DNA of 64,000 nt from an uncultured Lachnospiraceae bacterium (GCA_947384285.1 CANDGI010000013.1:8268-72267), one strand, 5' to 3'. Shown: positions 17,872 to 28,733, counted from the first letter of the stretch. Numbers and translations are program-made. Notes: generated by a model from the letters alone, not told the origin.

Positions 17872-18537
17872 ATGATAAAAATTTTGATTGTAGAAGATGA
17901 TGCCAATATAGCAAAGCTGATGGAAGCTACTGTGGCAATCGGCGGTTACGAAGGAATTGTGTGTAACAACGGCGCGGAGGCTTTTGAGGAGATAGAGCAC
18001 GGAAATTATGATTTGATACTGCTGGACGTGATGCTGCCGGATATGAACGGCTTTGAGATTATGCAGAAACGTACCAACACAGAGACCCCGGTGATTTTTA
18101 TTACTGCAAAACAGGAATTGACCGATAAGGTGCGGGGGCTCCGGCTGGGGGCTGAGGATTATATTGTGAAGCCTTTTGAAGCCATGGAGCTTTTGGCGCG
18201 GATTGAGGTGATCCTGCGCCGGGTGAAGCGGACGGAGAATATCTATTCTTATGGGAATATCTCTGTGAACGTGGAAGAACATACCTGCAAATCCAATGGG
18301 GAGGAGGTTTATCTGACGCCCAAGGAATTTGAAGTGCTTGTGTTTTTTATCCAGCACAAGGATGTTGCAATTTCCAGGGATCGTTTGCTTGCGGCAGTCT
18401 GGGGCTTTGAATACGAAGGGGAGACAAGAACCATTGACATCCACATCCAGCAGCTCCGCAAAAAACTGAATCTGAAAGATAAACTGGTGACCATACCTAA
18501 GCTGGGCTACCGGCTGGAAAGCGCAAAGGAGCAGTAG
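17872..18537 (+). CDS. OmpR-family response regulator
   Basis: Receiver (LLDVMLP, KPF) plus wHTH (RTIDIHIQQLRKK). Confidence 0.95.
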   Translation: MIKILIVEDDANIAKLMEATVAIGGYEGIVCNNGAEAFEEIEHGNYDLILLDVMLPDMNGFEIMQKRTNTETPVIFITAKQELTDKVRGLRLGAEDYIVKPFEAMELLARIEVILRRVKRTENIYSYGNISVNVEEHTCKSNGEEVYLTPKEFEVLVFFIQHKDVAISRDRLLAAVWGFEYEGETRTIDIHIQQLRKKLNLKDKLVTIPKLGYRLESAKEQ

Positions 18538-18538
18538 T

Positions 18539-19954
18539 ATGAAATTATGGCAGAAGGTTTTCTTATATACGTTGATACTGGTGATGCTGGCAGTAAGCAT
18601 GACCAGTATTTTGCTGTTAAAAAACAGTTTTTCTTTTGCATTGGACCAGAAAAAGCAGAGCGTGTACAGTGAACATGAATTTTTGGTTACCAGCTTTAAA
18701 AGCATGATGATTACAGAACGGCTGAAGGAAAATGCCATTGTATTGGAAGAGAAGAAGCTGAAAAAATTTATGGAAGAGACCTTTGGGAAAAACGATAAGG
18801 GCAGCGGGATTCTTTTCTGCAATGCCCAGAATGAGCAGGTTTACAGCAACCGGGAAATGCTTGTGCCAGCCGGACTGCTGGAGGCGGTTCGGGACACGGG
18901 GAAAAGCTATATGCAGGTGGACGGCTACCAGCTGTACACGGCATCCGCAGAAAGCATGGAGGGAAAGACCTATTATGTAGTGATGGAAAACGATATTTCG
19001 GATGTCATGGAAATCCATGAGAATATGCTGTGGCAGATTCAGGTTATCAGCATGGTATGCGCGGTGGTGATTGCGCTGATTCTGCTGGTTGTGGTGAAGA
19101 TACTGCTGCATCCTCTAAAGAAAATTAATGAGGGCACCCGTTCCATTGCCCAGGGGAATTATCAGGAACGCATTCCAGAGCGGGGGCATGACGAGCTCTC
19201 CGAGCTTGCCCATAATATGAACTGCATGGCAGAGGCGGTGGAGACCAATGTACAGGCCTTAGAGCATGTAGCGGAGGACAGGAAGCATTTTATTGACAAT
19301 CTTTCCCACGAGATGAAAACGCCCCTTACATCTATTTTAGGATTTTCAGATTTATTACAGATTAAAAAGGACATTACGGAGGAAAGCAGGATTGAGTATG
19401 CGGGAATCATCAAATCCGAGGCAACCCGGATGCGTACCCTTTCTGGAAAATTGATGGAATTAATTACAGTCGGAGAAACAAACCTGGATTGGAAACAGGA
19501 GGACATGGGAGAACTTTTTTCTGAAATCGGAACTTCGCTAAAAGTCATTGCAGATAACAGGAATATGAATCTGGCCTGTGAGTCAGAGCCAGGAAATTTG
19601 TGTGTGGACAGGGAGCTGTTTAAGTCGCTGCTTTATAATCTGGTGGACAATGCGGTGAAGGCCTCTGCAGAGGGCAGCAGGATTCAGGTGAAAGGAAGGT
19701 TTGAGGATGGTCAGTTCTATATCGAAGTGCTGGATGAAGGGGTAGGCATTGCTAAGGAGGAAATGGAGAAGATTACCCAGGCGTTTTATATGGTAGATAA
19801 AGCCAGAAGCAGAGCCAACGGCGGTGCGGGGCTGGGGCTTGCTTTATGCGAGGAGATTGTATCCCTCCATCAAGGAAAGATGAAGTTTGAAAGCCGCCCG
19901 GGGGAGGGAACACGGGTACTCATTAGGATGAAAGGAGGCCTTTCCTATGCGTAG
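18539..19954 (+). CDS. HAMP-domain sensor histidine kinase
   Basis: SHEMKTPLT, NLVDNA, DEGVGI and GAGLGL motifs. Confidence 0.95.
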   Translation: MKLWQKVFLYTLILVMLAVSMTSILLLKNSFSFALDQKKQSVYSEHEFLVTSFKSMMITERLKENAIVLEEKKLKKFMEETFGKNDKGSGILFCNAQNEQVYSNREMLVPAGLLEAVRDTGKSYMQVDGYQLYTASAESMEGKTYYVVMENDISDVMEIHENMLWQIQVISMVCAVVIALILLVVVKILLHPLKKINEGTRSIAQGNYQERIPERGHDELSELAHNMNCMAEAVETNVQALEHVAEDRKHFIDNLSHEMKTPLTSILGFSDLLQIKKDITEESRIEYAGIIKSEATRMRTLSGKLMELITVGETNLDWKQEDMGELFSEIGTSLKVIADNRNMNLACESEPGNLCVDRELFKSLLYNLVDNAVKASAEGSRIQVKGRFEDGQFYIEVLDEGVGIAKEEMEKITQAFYMVDKARSRANGGAGLGLALCEEIVSLHQGKMKFESRPGEGTRVLIRMKGGLSYA

Positions 19955-20975
19955 GGTAAAGTCTATGCTTTTGACGGTTTTGTGTATGGGGATGATTCTG
20001 GGAGCCGGGTATTTTGTCATTGTAGAGAGCGGACAGAAGGTTCTGGAAAAGGAGCGGGTTTTGGAAGAATCATCCTATGAAGATACCAGCTCCAATATTT
20101 TTTACGGTAAAATTGAAGAAAATATTGAATTATTCCCATGGAGTTATTATCCAGAGGAAGGGGAGGAAAGGATTCTTGGGGAGTATCCCAGATTTCAGGA
20201 AGCGGTACTGGGATGGGAAGCCAAGGGTTTTGAAGAGGAATTAAAGGCGGTGCAGGAATGGTATCTCTACCAGCTTATTGCCTGCGAAAGCAATACCCGG
20301 CTGGAAGAAGTGGGCAAGTGGTACCGTGAAAGCCAGAAGAGCATTATGGACAGTATGGTTATGGTGGATACGCCTCAGTTTGGTTCCATTTATTTTTACC
20401 AGGATATCCTGGAATTAGAGAAAAAACAGTACCAGGTGCGGATTGCCTGTAATGAATGGAATATCATAAGCTTTGCCTGCATGGAATACCGCAATGGGCA
20501 AAAGCAGAATCGGGATGTATGGGAGGAGGGAAAGCAAAAGCTGGTTTCCGTTTTGGAGCGCGCGGAAGAGAAGATGACAGGATATTTTGACTATATGATG
20601 TTTCTGCGTTATCAGAGCATTGAGTATTTTGCGGATGAAGCGGAGGGAGAATATATCAATGCTTATCTGGAGGGATTTCATTGGCTGGAACAGATTTTGG
20701 ACAACAAAGAGTATGAGCTTTCGTATATGCCAAAGAAAGTCCAGATCATTATGAAGGAGCTGGGATATGCTGCGGAAAGTACGATAGAAGCCAATGCATT
20801 AAGCGATAAAGAAAAGGAGAGCATCATGGAGGATTCCCAGCCGGGCTATTCCTACCAGATTGTGGAATTAAAGGATATGATTCTGCTGCTGATGCAGGGA
20901 CAAGAGACCCTTGGGGTTTATTATGACCCCATTGCCCAGAGGTTTTGCGGCTATAATTTCTTTTATGAATATTAA
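19947..20975 (+). CDS. Hypothetical membrane-anchored protein coupled to the two-component system
   Basis: 342-aa ORF, N-terminal hydrophobic helix, AGGAGG SD, overlaps the kinase stop. Confidence 0.75.
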   Translation: MRRVKSMLLTVLCMGMILGAGYFVIVESGQKVLEKERVLEESSYEDTSSNIFYGKIEENIELFPWSYYPEEGEERILGEYPRFQEAVLGWEAKGFEEELKAVQEWYLYQLIACESNTRLEEVGKWYRESQKSIMDSMVMVDTPQFGSIYFYQDILELEKKQYQVRIACNEWNIISFACMEYRNGQKQNRDVWEEGKQKLVSVLERAEEKMTGYFDYMMFLRYQSIEYFADEAEGEYINAYLEGFHWLEQILDNKEYELSYMPKKVQIIMKELGYAAESTIEANALSDKEKESIMEDSQPGYSYQIVELKDMILLLMQGQETLGVYYDPIAQRFCGYNFFYEY

Positions 20976-21080
20976 ATTTTTCGAAAGCATTTTGAAAAAC
21001 GGTTGTGCTATTGGATACTCTGGCTTATAATGAAACCATGCTTCGGATGATAAATTTCGGAAGGAAAGAGGAGATGGAAG

Positions 21081-22727
21081 ATGAGTGATACAGAGAAGTT
21101 TGACGATACAGATTTTCGGGAAGTGGTTTTGGACGCAGAGGGAAAAGGCAAAGATGCTGAACCAGAAAAGGGCAGGGATATCCCACAGGAAGATTTGGGT
21201 GCTTCTGGCAGTGTTCCGGAAGAAGGCAGCGAATCTTTGGGGAAAGTTCCGGGAGAGGGCAGTGAATCTTCGGGTAATGTTCTAGGAGAAGCCGATGGCT
21301 CTTCAGATGGCGCAGTTTCGGGCGGGCCAGGAAATGGAGAAAGCGAATATGAGGATATCTGCTATATCTGCCACCGGCCGGAGAGCAAGGCTGGCAAGAT
21401 GATTAAGATACCTAATGAAATATGCATCTGTGCCGATTGCATGCAGAAAACCTTTGACAGCATGAACCATGTGGGATTTCCCATTGGGGATATGAGCAGT
21501 TTTGGTAACATGCCCAACATCAGCATGATTAACATATCTGATTTATCGAGTATGGGCATGAATATGATGCCAAAGAACCAGAAATTAAAAAAGAAGAAGA
21601 AAAAAGAGGAGAAGAAGGAGAAGCCTGTGCTGAACGTTAAGTCCATCCCGGCTCCCCACAAGATAAAGGCAAGCCTGGATGAATATGTGGTGGGGCAGGA
21701 GCATGCCAAGAAGGTTATGTCCGTGGCAGTCTATAACCATTACAAGCGGGTAGGCTGCGATATCCAGGATGGCGTGGAAATTGAGAAATCCAATATGCTG
21801 ATGATAGGGCCTACGGGAAGCGGGAAGACCTACATGGTGCGGATGCTTGCAAAATTGCTGGATGTGCCTCTTGCCATTGCGGACGCAACTTCCCTGACAG
21901 AAGCCGGATACATTGGAGATGATATTGAAAGCGTGGTTTCCAAGCTTTTAGCCGCTGCAGATAATGATGTGGAAAAGGCGGAGCATGGGATTATTTTTAT
22001 TGATGAGATAGATAAGATTGCCAAGAAGAAAAATACCCACCAGAGGGATGTAAGCGGCGAGAGTGTGCAGCAGGGAATGCTAAAGCTCTTGGAAGGAGCG
22101 GAAATTGAGGTTCCGGTAGGGGCAAACAGCAAGAATGCCATGGTGCCCCTTGCCACGGTAAATACCAAGGATATCCTGTTTATCTGCGGCGGCGCCTTTC
22201 CTGATTTGGAGGATGTGATTAAGGAACGCCTGAACAAAAAATCTGCCATGGGATTTCATGCGGATTTGAAGGATAAATACGATAAGGAAGAAAATATCCT
22301 GCACCGGGTGGAAGTGGAGGATATCCGCAAGTACGGTATGATACCTGAATTTTTAGGGCGGCTTCCGGTGATTTTTTCATTGGACGCCTTATCCGAGGAT
22401 ATGCTGGTGCGTATTTTGACGGAGCCAAGGAATGCGATTATCAAACAGTACCAAAAGCTCCTTGCCATGGATGAGGTGAAGCTGGAATTTGAGGAGGAGG
22501 CGCTGCGCTCCATCGCCGGGAAAGCAAAGAAAAAGGATGTGGGCGCTAGGGCATTGCGCTCCATTATTGAGGAGTTTATGCTGGATATCATGTATGAGAT
22601 TCCAAAGGATGACAATATCGGCACGGTGACGATTACCAAAGATTACATAGAGAATCAGGGAGGTCCCATCATCAGCATGCGGGGCTGCCTGGCGTTGGAA
22701 GAGAAAACAGCGGCAGCAGGAGCTTGA
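21081..22727 (+). CDS. clpX: ATP-dependent Clp protease ATP-binding subunit ClpX (with N-terminal extension)
   Basis: C4 zinc finger, GPTGSGKT, DATSLTEAGYIG, IDEIDK and RDVSGESVQQ motifs. Confidence 0.93.
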   Translation: MSDTEKFDDTDFREVVLDAEGKGKDAEPEKGRDIPQEDLGASGSVPEEGSESLGKVPGEGSESSGNVLGEADGSSDGAVSGGPGNGESEYEDICYICHRPESKAGKMIKIPNEICICADCMQKTFDSMNHVGFPIGDMSSFGNMPNISMINISDLSSMGMNMMPKNQKLKKKKKKEEKKEKPVLNVKSIPAPHKIKASLDEYVVGQEHAKKVMSVAVYNHYKRVGCDIQDGVEIEKSNMLMIGPTGSGKTYMVRMLAKLLDVPLAIADATSLTEAGYIGDDIESVVSKLLAAADNDVEKAEHGIIFIDEIDKIAKKKNTHQRDVSGESVQQGMLKLLEGAEIEVPVGANSKNAMVPLATVNTKDILFICGGAFPDLEDVIKERLNKKSAMGFHADLKDKYDKEENILHRVEVEDIRKYGMIPEFLGRLPVIFSLDALSEDMLVRILTEPRNAIIKQYQKLLAMDEVKLEFEEEALRSIAGKAKKKDVGARALRSIIEEFMLDIMYEIPKDDNIGTVTITKDYIENQGGPIISMRGCLALEEKTAAAGA

Positions 22728-22942
22728 CAGGGTGCCGAAAACAAGTGAAACGATGGGGCGCCAGGGAAAATATGGAATTTATCATTTATCCCCTGTCTTA
22801 CCGGAAAGAAAACGAAAAGCAGGGGATGATGAGGAAGCATTGCGGAAAGAGGTTATGGAGAAGGATGATTGACATTGCCAAGGGAAATCTGGAGGATAGC
22901 GCCTCATTGAGTTTCCCAGCAGATTTAGCCGCGGCAGCCTGA

Positions 22943-22969
22943 ATATTTTTCCGGCTTTATACATAATAT
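22943..22969 (+). promoter_or_regulatory. Possible mother-cell sporulation (SigE/SigK) promoter
   Basis: ATA-N16-CATAATAT upstream of the Csp-type protease. Confidence 0.4.
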
Positions 22970-22992
22970 GATAAAAAAGAAAAGAGCAGCTT

Positions 22993-24672
22993 ATGGAATG
23001 TGAAGAAGCCGTGTATTCCAATGATTATTATGATTTTATCATGGAATATGTATTGCAGGGCAGGCCGGTGATTAAGGACTGCACGCAGAAGATAAATGAT
23101 ATTTTCGAGATTGCATACCTGTCCAGGAACAGTAACCTTCTTTTGAATATTCAGAATTATGAATATACTTCAATTCCGAAATGCTATACCCTTTTGGACG
23201 AGAGTGCTTTGGAAGCAAGCGGAATATTGAGGATTCAGAACCAGCCCGCCCTGTCCTTAAAGGGACAGGGCGTTTTGATTGGATTTTTGGACACCGGAAT
23301 CAATTACGAAAACCCTGTATTCCGCAACAGCGATGGGAGCACCAGAATTGCAGCAGTTTGGGATCAGACAGACAGGAGCGGTACACCGCCGGAGGGCTTT
23401 ATTTATGGAAGCGAATATACGAGCGCCCAGATTAATGAAGCGCTGCAGTCTGGAAATCCCAGAGAAATTGTGCCGGTTACCGACCCGGACGGACACGGGA
23501 CGTTCATGGCCAGCGTTGCGGCTGGAACCCAGATTCCAGAGGAGGAATTTATTGGCGCGGCTCCCTATGCCAAAATTGCCATGGTAAAGTTAAAGCCTGC
23601 GAAGGAGTATCTGAGAGAGTTCTTTTTTATCCCGAAAAACGCAGAGGCATTCCAGGAAAATGATATTATGGCTGGTCTGGAGTACCTAGACAGGCTTGCA
23701 CGAAGGCTCCATATGCCCATGGTGGTCTGTTTTGGGCTGGGAACCAATATGGGAAGCCATACAGGGGTGAGCCATCTGGCTTCTATGTTGAATGCCATGG
23801 CTTTGCGCGTTGGCCGGGCGATTGTGACTGCTGCTGGAAATGAGGGGAATGAAAGGCATCATTATTTCGGGCGGATGGAGGAAGGCCAGTCCTACCAGAA
23901 TGTGGAAATCAGCGTCGGGGAACGGGTAGAGGGATTTGCGGTGGAGCTTTGGGCAAGGGCTCCCCAGCGTTTTATCGTGGAAATTATTTCGCCCACCGGG
24001 GAACGGATGCCCAGCGAGTATATCTTATCGGGCGGAAGGGAGTACCGGTTTCTTTTCGAAAATACAAGCGTGACTGTGGATTACCGGATTACCGGGATTT
24101 TGGACGGGGCACAGGTAATTTACATGCGTTTTGAGAATCCTTCCCAGGGATTGTGGAATATCCGGGTGTTTCCAGAAGCGGATATGGCAAGCGTATTTAA
24201 TATGTGGCTGCCTATGAAAGAATTGCTGTCAGGAGAAGTGTTTTTTGTCCGTTCGAACCCAGATACTACCGTTACCGTTCCTGCCACTACCATTGTCCCA
24301 ATCAGTGTTGGGGCCTATGATGTAAGGGATAACAGCATTTATCTGCGTTCTGGCCGGGGATTTACCCCCAATGGGCTGGTGAAGCCAGATTTGGTGGCGC
24401 CGGGAGTGGGGGTGTTTGGCGCCGGGCAGCGGAATCAGTTTACCACCCGGGATGGAACCAGCGTTGCGGCGGCCGTTACGTCAGGCGCAGTGGCCTTGGT
24501 GTTGGAATGGGGAATTGTCCGGGGCAATTATACGACAATCACCAACAATGAGATTAAGAATGTGTTAGTCCGCGGTGCGGCAAGGGACAGTAAAAGGACT
24601 TATCCCAATAAAGCATTTGGCTGGGGAAGATTGGATTTGTACCAGGCCTTTGAGGATTTCCGCATCCGGTAA
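22993..24672 (+). CDS. S8 subtilisin-like protease, Csp (spore germination) type
   Basis: LDTGI, DGHGT, AAGNEG and DGTSVA give an intact D/H/S triad; internal insertion typical of Csp proteases. Confidence 0.85.
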   Translation: MECEEAVYSNDYYDFIMEYVLQGRPVIKDCTQKINDIFEIAYLSRNSNLLLNIQNYEYTSIPKCYTLLDESALEASGILRIQNQPALSLKGQGVLIGFLDTGINYENPVFRNSDGSTRIAAVWDQTDRSGTPPEGFIYGSEYTSAQINEALQSGNPREIVPVTDPDGHGTFMASVAAGTQIPEEEFIGAAPYAKIAMVKLKPAKEYLREFFFIPKNAEAFQENDIMAGLEYLDRLARRLHMPMVVCFGLGTNMGSHTGVSHLASMLNAMALRVGRAIVTAAGNEGNERHHYFGRMEEGQSYQNVEISVGERVEGFAVELWARAPQRFIVEIISPTGERMPSEYILSGGREYRFLFENTSVTVDYRITGILDGAQVIYMRFENPSQGLWNIRVFPEADMASVFNMWLPMKELLSGEVFFVRSNPDTTVTVPATTIVPISVGAYDVRDNSIYLRSGRGFTPNGLVKPDLVAPGVGVFGAGQRNQFTTRDGTSVAAAVTSGAVALVLEWGIVRGNYTTITNNEIKNVLVRGAARDSKRTYPNKAFGWGRLDLYQAFEDFRIR

Positions 24673-24688
24673 AGAGAGGAGACAGGAG

Positions 24689-25141
24689 ATGAAGTATGCA
24701 ATGGCGGCGGCAGCTGTGTTTGCCGGAGATTTTTTTCTGAAAGAGCATATAGAAAAACGAAGAGGGTGTAAGGAGGAAACAAAAATCTGCGGCGGCAGGG
24801 TGGTGATAAAAAAATACCATAACAAAGGAGCCGCATTGAATTTTATGGAGCAGCAGCCAGCAGCTGTAAAAAAAGTCTGTGGGGCTGTACTGCTGCTTTT
24901 GGGGATCCTGTGGTCTTTCTTTTTCCGAAGAAAAGCAAATCCCTGCCTTTTGCTGGGCTTAAGCCTTGCCATTGGCGGCGGGGCCAGCAATTTTTATGAC
25001 AGGATGACACGAGGGTATGTGGTGGACTATTTCAGTTTTTGCACGCCCTGGAAATGGCTGAATCGAATTATATTCAATATTTCCGATTTTTGTATTTTTC
25101 TGGGCAGCTTGCTGATCATATTATCTGGAAAGGATTTATAG
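24689..25141 (+). CDS. lspA: Signal peptidase II
   Basis: NKGAA, GGASNFYDR, VVDY and FNISD motifs. Confidence 0.88.
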   Translation: MKYAMAAAAVFAGDFFLKEHIEKRRGCKEETKICGGRVVIKKYHNKGAALNFMEQQPAAVKKVCGAVLLLLGILWSFFFRRKANPCLLLGLSLAIGGGASNFYDRMTRGYVVDYFSFCTPWKWLNRIIFNISDFCIFLGSLLIILSGKDL

Positions 25142-25169
25142 AGATTGCGGGGCAGCTTGGTGGAATATG

Positions 25170-25219
25170 CCATAAATGGCATCTGTGGATGGTCTGCTGA
25201 CAGGCAGGACTGGCGCTGG
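25170..25219 (+). repeat. Degenerate family B repeat copy
   Basis: CCATA..CATCTGTGGA..GTCTGCTGACAGGCAGGACTGGC aligns by eye to the family B consensus. Confidence 0.4.
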
Positions 25220-25302
25220 AAGGATGTGGTTCTTTTCAGAGGGGAAAGACAGCGGTATAAGATTTGCAGGCAGTTATACCGCTGTCTTTTATTTACAATG
25301 TT

Positions 25303-26310
25303 TTATTGTCCGGCTGGCTCAAGGCGGATGGTAGATTCTCTGGCAATGATACGGGATTCCAGTTCATACATACGTGGTTCTGCATTGTTGTTTATTTGAT
25401 CCAATAGGATTTCTACGGATTTTTTTCCAATCTCATCCAAAGGCTGCGCCAAAGCGGTGAGCTTGGGACTGATTTCCTTGGACAGCAGGGAATTGTCAAA
25501 ACCTGCAATGGCAATATCCTGTGGGACGGCGTAACCTAATTCCCGGAAAGCAGTGATGGCTTCACAGGCTGTGATGTCGTCGTTGGCCAGATATGCTTCA
25601 CAGTGCAGTCCTGAATCTTTTGCATATTGCTTTACCAGCTTGTAGACCAGGCTGGCGTTCATGTTTTTCGGCGCCGGACATTCAATCACATCGGTTAGGC
25701 CGACCTGGCAGGCAGACAAATACTGCTGAAATCCCGCATATTTCAGTGCGGAGGTGGATTCCTTGGTGGGGCCGATATAGCCTATTTTCTGAAAACCCAT
25801 GTTTAGAAAATGCCGGGCAATCTGCTGGCCGCCATTGTAATGGGAGATATATACACTGCTGAATCCATCCATCCGCTTGGTAATCATTACGGCTGGAACC
25901 TGCAGGCGCTGGTAAGCGGGAAGGCTCTGCTTTGTAGAAACCGGAACGGCAATGATGCCGTCCACTTTCCGCTGGCGCAATTGAGTAAGAATATTCTTTT
26001 CCTTCTCCAGGCTGCGGTGGGTGTTGCAGATAATAATGCTGTATCCTTCATAAAATGCCTGGTTCTCTATTGACTCTATAATTTCGCTGAAAAAAGGGTA
26101 GGCGATTTCTGGAACCAGCAAGCCGATGATGTTTGTCCGGTTTCCGGCCAGGCTTTGGGCAATGAGATTGGGTTCATAATCCAGTTCTTTCACCCAGTGG
26201 AGTACTTTTTGCCGTGTCTCTGGCTTAACAGAAGGGTGATTAGAAAGAACTCTGGAAACTGTGACCCTGGAAACTCCTGCTTTGTTGGCAATGTCCTGCA
26301 TACTAACCAC
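25303..26310 (-). CDS. LacI family regulator
   Basis: SMQDIANKAGVSRVTVSRVL HTH; GTG start after AAGGAGG. Confidence 0.93.
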   Translation of the reverse strand: MVSMQDIANKAGVSRVTVSRVLSNHPSVKPETRQKVLHWVKELDYEPNLIAQSLAGNRTNIIGLLVPEIAYPFFSEIIESIENQAFYEGYSIIICNTHRSLEKEKNILTQLRQRKVDGIIAVPVSTKQSLPAYQRLQVPAVMITKRMDGFSSVYISHYNGGQQIARHFLNMGFQKIGYIGPTKESTSALKYAGFQQYLSACQVGLTDVIECPAPKNMNASLVYKLVKQYAKDSGLHCEAYLANDDITACEAITAFRELGYAVPQDIAIAGFDNSLLSKEISPKLTALAQPLDEIGKKSVEILLDQINNNAEPRMYELESRIIARESTIRLEPAGQ

Positions 26311-26443
26311 GGCAATCCCTCCTTTCTTCCTCTGCAGAATCGTTTGGCCCGCATTGAGCCAAACAGGCATTTATCACGAAATGCTGCTTCATAACCTTAC
26401 ATAAAAATATTTTATTCCAGACAATCAGGATTGTCAAGAATGA

Positions 26444-26472
26444 AAAGAGCCGCCCTTATGGGCGGTTCTTTT
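26444..26472. terminator. Intrinsic terminator downstream of the PTS gene (bidirectional form)
   Basis: AAGAGCCGCCC-TTAT-GGGCGGTTCTT flanked by A and T runs. Confidence 0.8.
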
Positions 26473-26536
26473 GGGGTTCCATGAAATTCTGCCTTAGCGG
26501 ATGTTTTCGCCTTTAGAACTAAACAAGACAGCGGTA

Positions 26537-28462
26537 TTATGCCGTCAGGCGCATCAGGGGATCGCCGGGCATAAGGTTTTTGGAGGCCGCTGCTTCCACA
26601 GATGCCAGGTCGTCAGAATTCGTAACGATTACCATAATGGTTGCAGGGTGGCCGGCTGCCTTGATTTTTTCCAGATCCATGGTCAGAAGCAGGTCTCCTT
26701 TTTTCACCGCTTGGCCTTCCTTGACGTGGCTCTTGAAGCCGTCGCCCTTCATTGCTACGGTGTCTATGCCTACATGGATAAGCAGTTCCACACCGCCCGC
26801 TTCAATGCCGATAGCATGGAGTGTGTCAGCCAGCTGGGCGATTGTGCCATCCATAGGGGAATAAACCTTGCCGATTTCCGGCTCAATGCCGCAGCATGCC
26901 CCAAGGATACCCTCGGAAAATGTTGGATCAGGAATTTCTTCCATGGGAACGAAAGTCCCTTTTGCTGCAGCGCCTAGCACATCCGGGAAGGGCGCAGGAG
27001 CAGGTACAGGCACAGGGGCAGGCGCAGGTGCATCCTTTTTTACTGCAGTTTCGGTTTCCATGACTTCTGGAGGTACTGCGAAGAACCAGCACAGGCAGAA
27101 AGCAGTGATAAAAACAGAAAGAGCAAGTATCACGTACATGGCTAACTGGGAGGGGCTGTATATGTACAGCAGCATGCCAGGGATCGTGGTGATGCCATTT
27201 CCGGTGCCTTTCATTCCAAGCAGCATGGCGATCATGCCTGCCACGCCGTTGATGGAGCAGCTGAGAAGGAACGGCTTCATGCCATAACGCAAGATAACGC
27301 CGAACAATGCTGGCTCACCGATGCCCAATAGGGCAGATACGGTAGCACTGGGGCCGATGGCACGGATTTCTTTCTTTTTGGCTTTTATGGAGATGGCAAG
27401 GCACACACCAGCCGAGGAAAAGCCGCACATGCACAAGATAGCGTTGAAAGGATTGAAGCCGGTGCTGGCTAACAGGCTGATTTCCAGCATATTGAATATA
27501 TGATGGACACCTGTAAGGGTGATGATAGACCAGAAGAAGCCAACGATAAGGCCGCCGATGCCAAAAGGAAGCTCCAAGGCATATTCCACAATGACTAACA
27601 GGACGTTTTCCAGTGCATGGAGGAGAGGCCCGATTGCCAGCAGCGAGAGAATCAGCATAATAAACAGCACCAGAAAAGGTGTCACCATAAAGTCAAAGAC
27701 AGCGGGAATAGTTTTCCGCAGTTTCTTTTCCAGCTTGCTGCCGATGACGCCGGCTACGAAGGCTGGCAGGATGCTGCCTTGGTAACCTACAATTGGAATG
27801 AAACCAAAAAGCATAAGGGGCGTCACACCGCTGGCAGGATCTGCCACAGAGTAGGCATTTGGCAGGGAGCCGTTTACCAGCATCAGCCCCAGGATAAGCC
27901 CCAGGACAGGGGAACCGCCAAATACGCGAAACGTGGACCAGCAGACAATCGCAGGTAAAAATGCAAATGTAGTGCCTGAGAGCACATCTACCAGAACTTG
28001 AAAGGTTTGCGGGATATCGGCGTTCGTCATGCCCAATAGAGCCAGGAAGTTATCATTGAGCAGGGCTCCCTTTAAACCAAGAAACAGACCGGTGGCTACC
28101 AGGGCGGGGATAACAGGCACAAAAACATCCCCAAAGGTACGGATGGCTTTTTGCAGCTGGTTTTTCCCATCCATTTTGGCTTCTTTCGCTTCGCTTGCAG
28201 TGGTTTCTGCAATGCCCAGCTGGGTAATCTGTTCATAAACCCGGTTGACATGGCCGGTGCCGAAGATAATCTGATACTGCCCGGCAGTGAAAAAGGTTCC
28301 TTTCACTGCATCAATTTCGCCAACTTTTTCATCGTTTGCCAGAGAACGGTCTGCCACAATGAGACGCAGGCGGGTGGCGCAATGGGCGGCAGATTTGATA
28401 TTCTCTGGCCCGCCCACGGCCTGAATGACTTCTTTTGCAATTTTTGCATAATCGTAACTCAT
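26537..28462 (-). CDS. scrA: PTS sucrose/beta-glucoside family EIIBCA (ScrA-like)
   Basis: HCATRLR (IIB), GYQGSILP and GIGEPALFG (IIC), LIHVGIDTV (IIA). Confidence 0.8.
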   Translation of the reverse strand: MSYDYAKIAKEVIQAVGGPENIKSAAHCATRLRLIVADRSLANDEKVGEIDAVKGTFFTAGQYQIIFGTGHVNRVYEQITQLGIAETTASEAKEAKMDGKNQLQKAIRTFGDVFVPVIPALVATGLFLGLKGALLNDNFLALLGMTNADIPQTFQVLVDVLSGTTFAFLPAIVCWSTFRVFGGSPVLGLILGLMLVNGSLPNAYSVADPASGVTPLMLFGFIPIVGYQGSILPAFVAGVIGSKLEKKLRKTIPAVFDFMVTPFLVLFIMLILSLLAIGPLLHALENVLLVIVEYALELPFGIGGLIVGFFWSIITLTGVHHIFNMLEISLLASTGFNPFNAILCMCGFSSAGVCLAISIKAKKKEIRAIGPSATVSALLGIGEPALFGVILRYGMKPFLLSCSINGVAGMIAMLLGMKGTGNGITTIPGMLLYIYSPSQLAMYVILALSVFITAFCLCWFFAVPPEVMETETAVKKDAPAPAPVPVPAPAPFPDVLGAAAKGTFVPMEEIPDPTFSEGILGACCGIEPEIGKVYSPMDGTIAQLADTLHAIGIEAGGVELLIHVGIDTVAMKGDGFKSHVKEGQAVKKGDLLLTMDLEKIKAAGHPATIMVIVTNSDDLASVEAAASKNLMPGDPLMRLTA

Positions 28463-28733
28463 AGCTTCCTCCTTAAATAATTATTTTGATACATTACAGA
28501 ATGTTTCGTAATGTACGCGTGTTCATCATGAATGGAGAATAACATGCAAGTGAATGGGAAGTCAATATAACAGCTAAAAATAATTTAAAAATAGCATTTT
28601 AAACAAAAAATGTTTCTTCATTTTGTTAAAAACAGAAAAAGAAGCGTGATGGATTGACAGGCATATTTTTCAAATATATAATAAACAAAATGAAAGCGAG
28701 TTCATGATGAAGATTTCATGCAGGGAGGTTATT

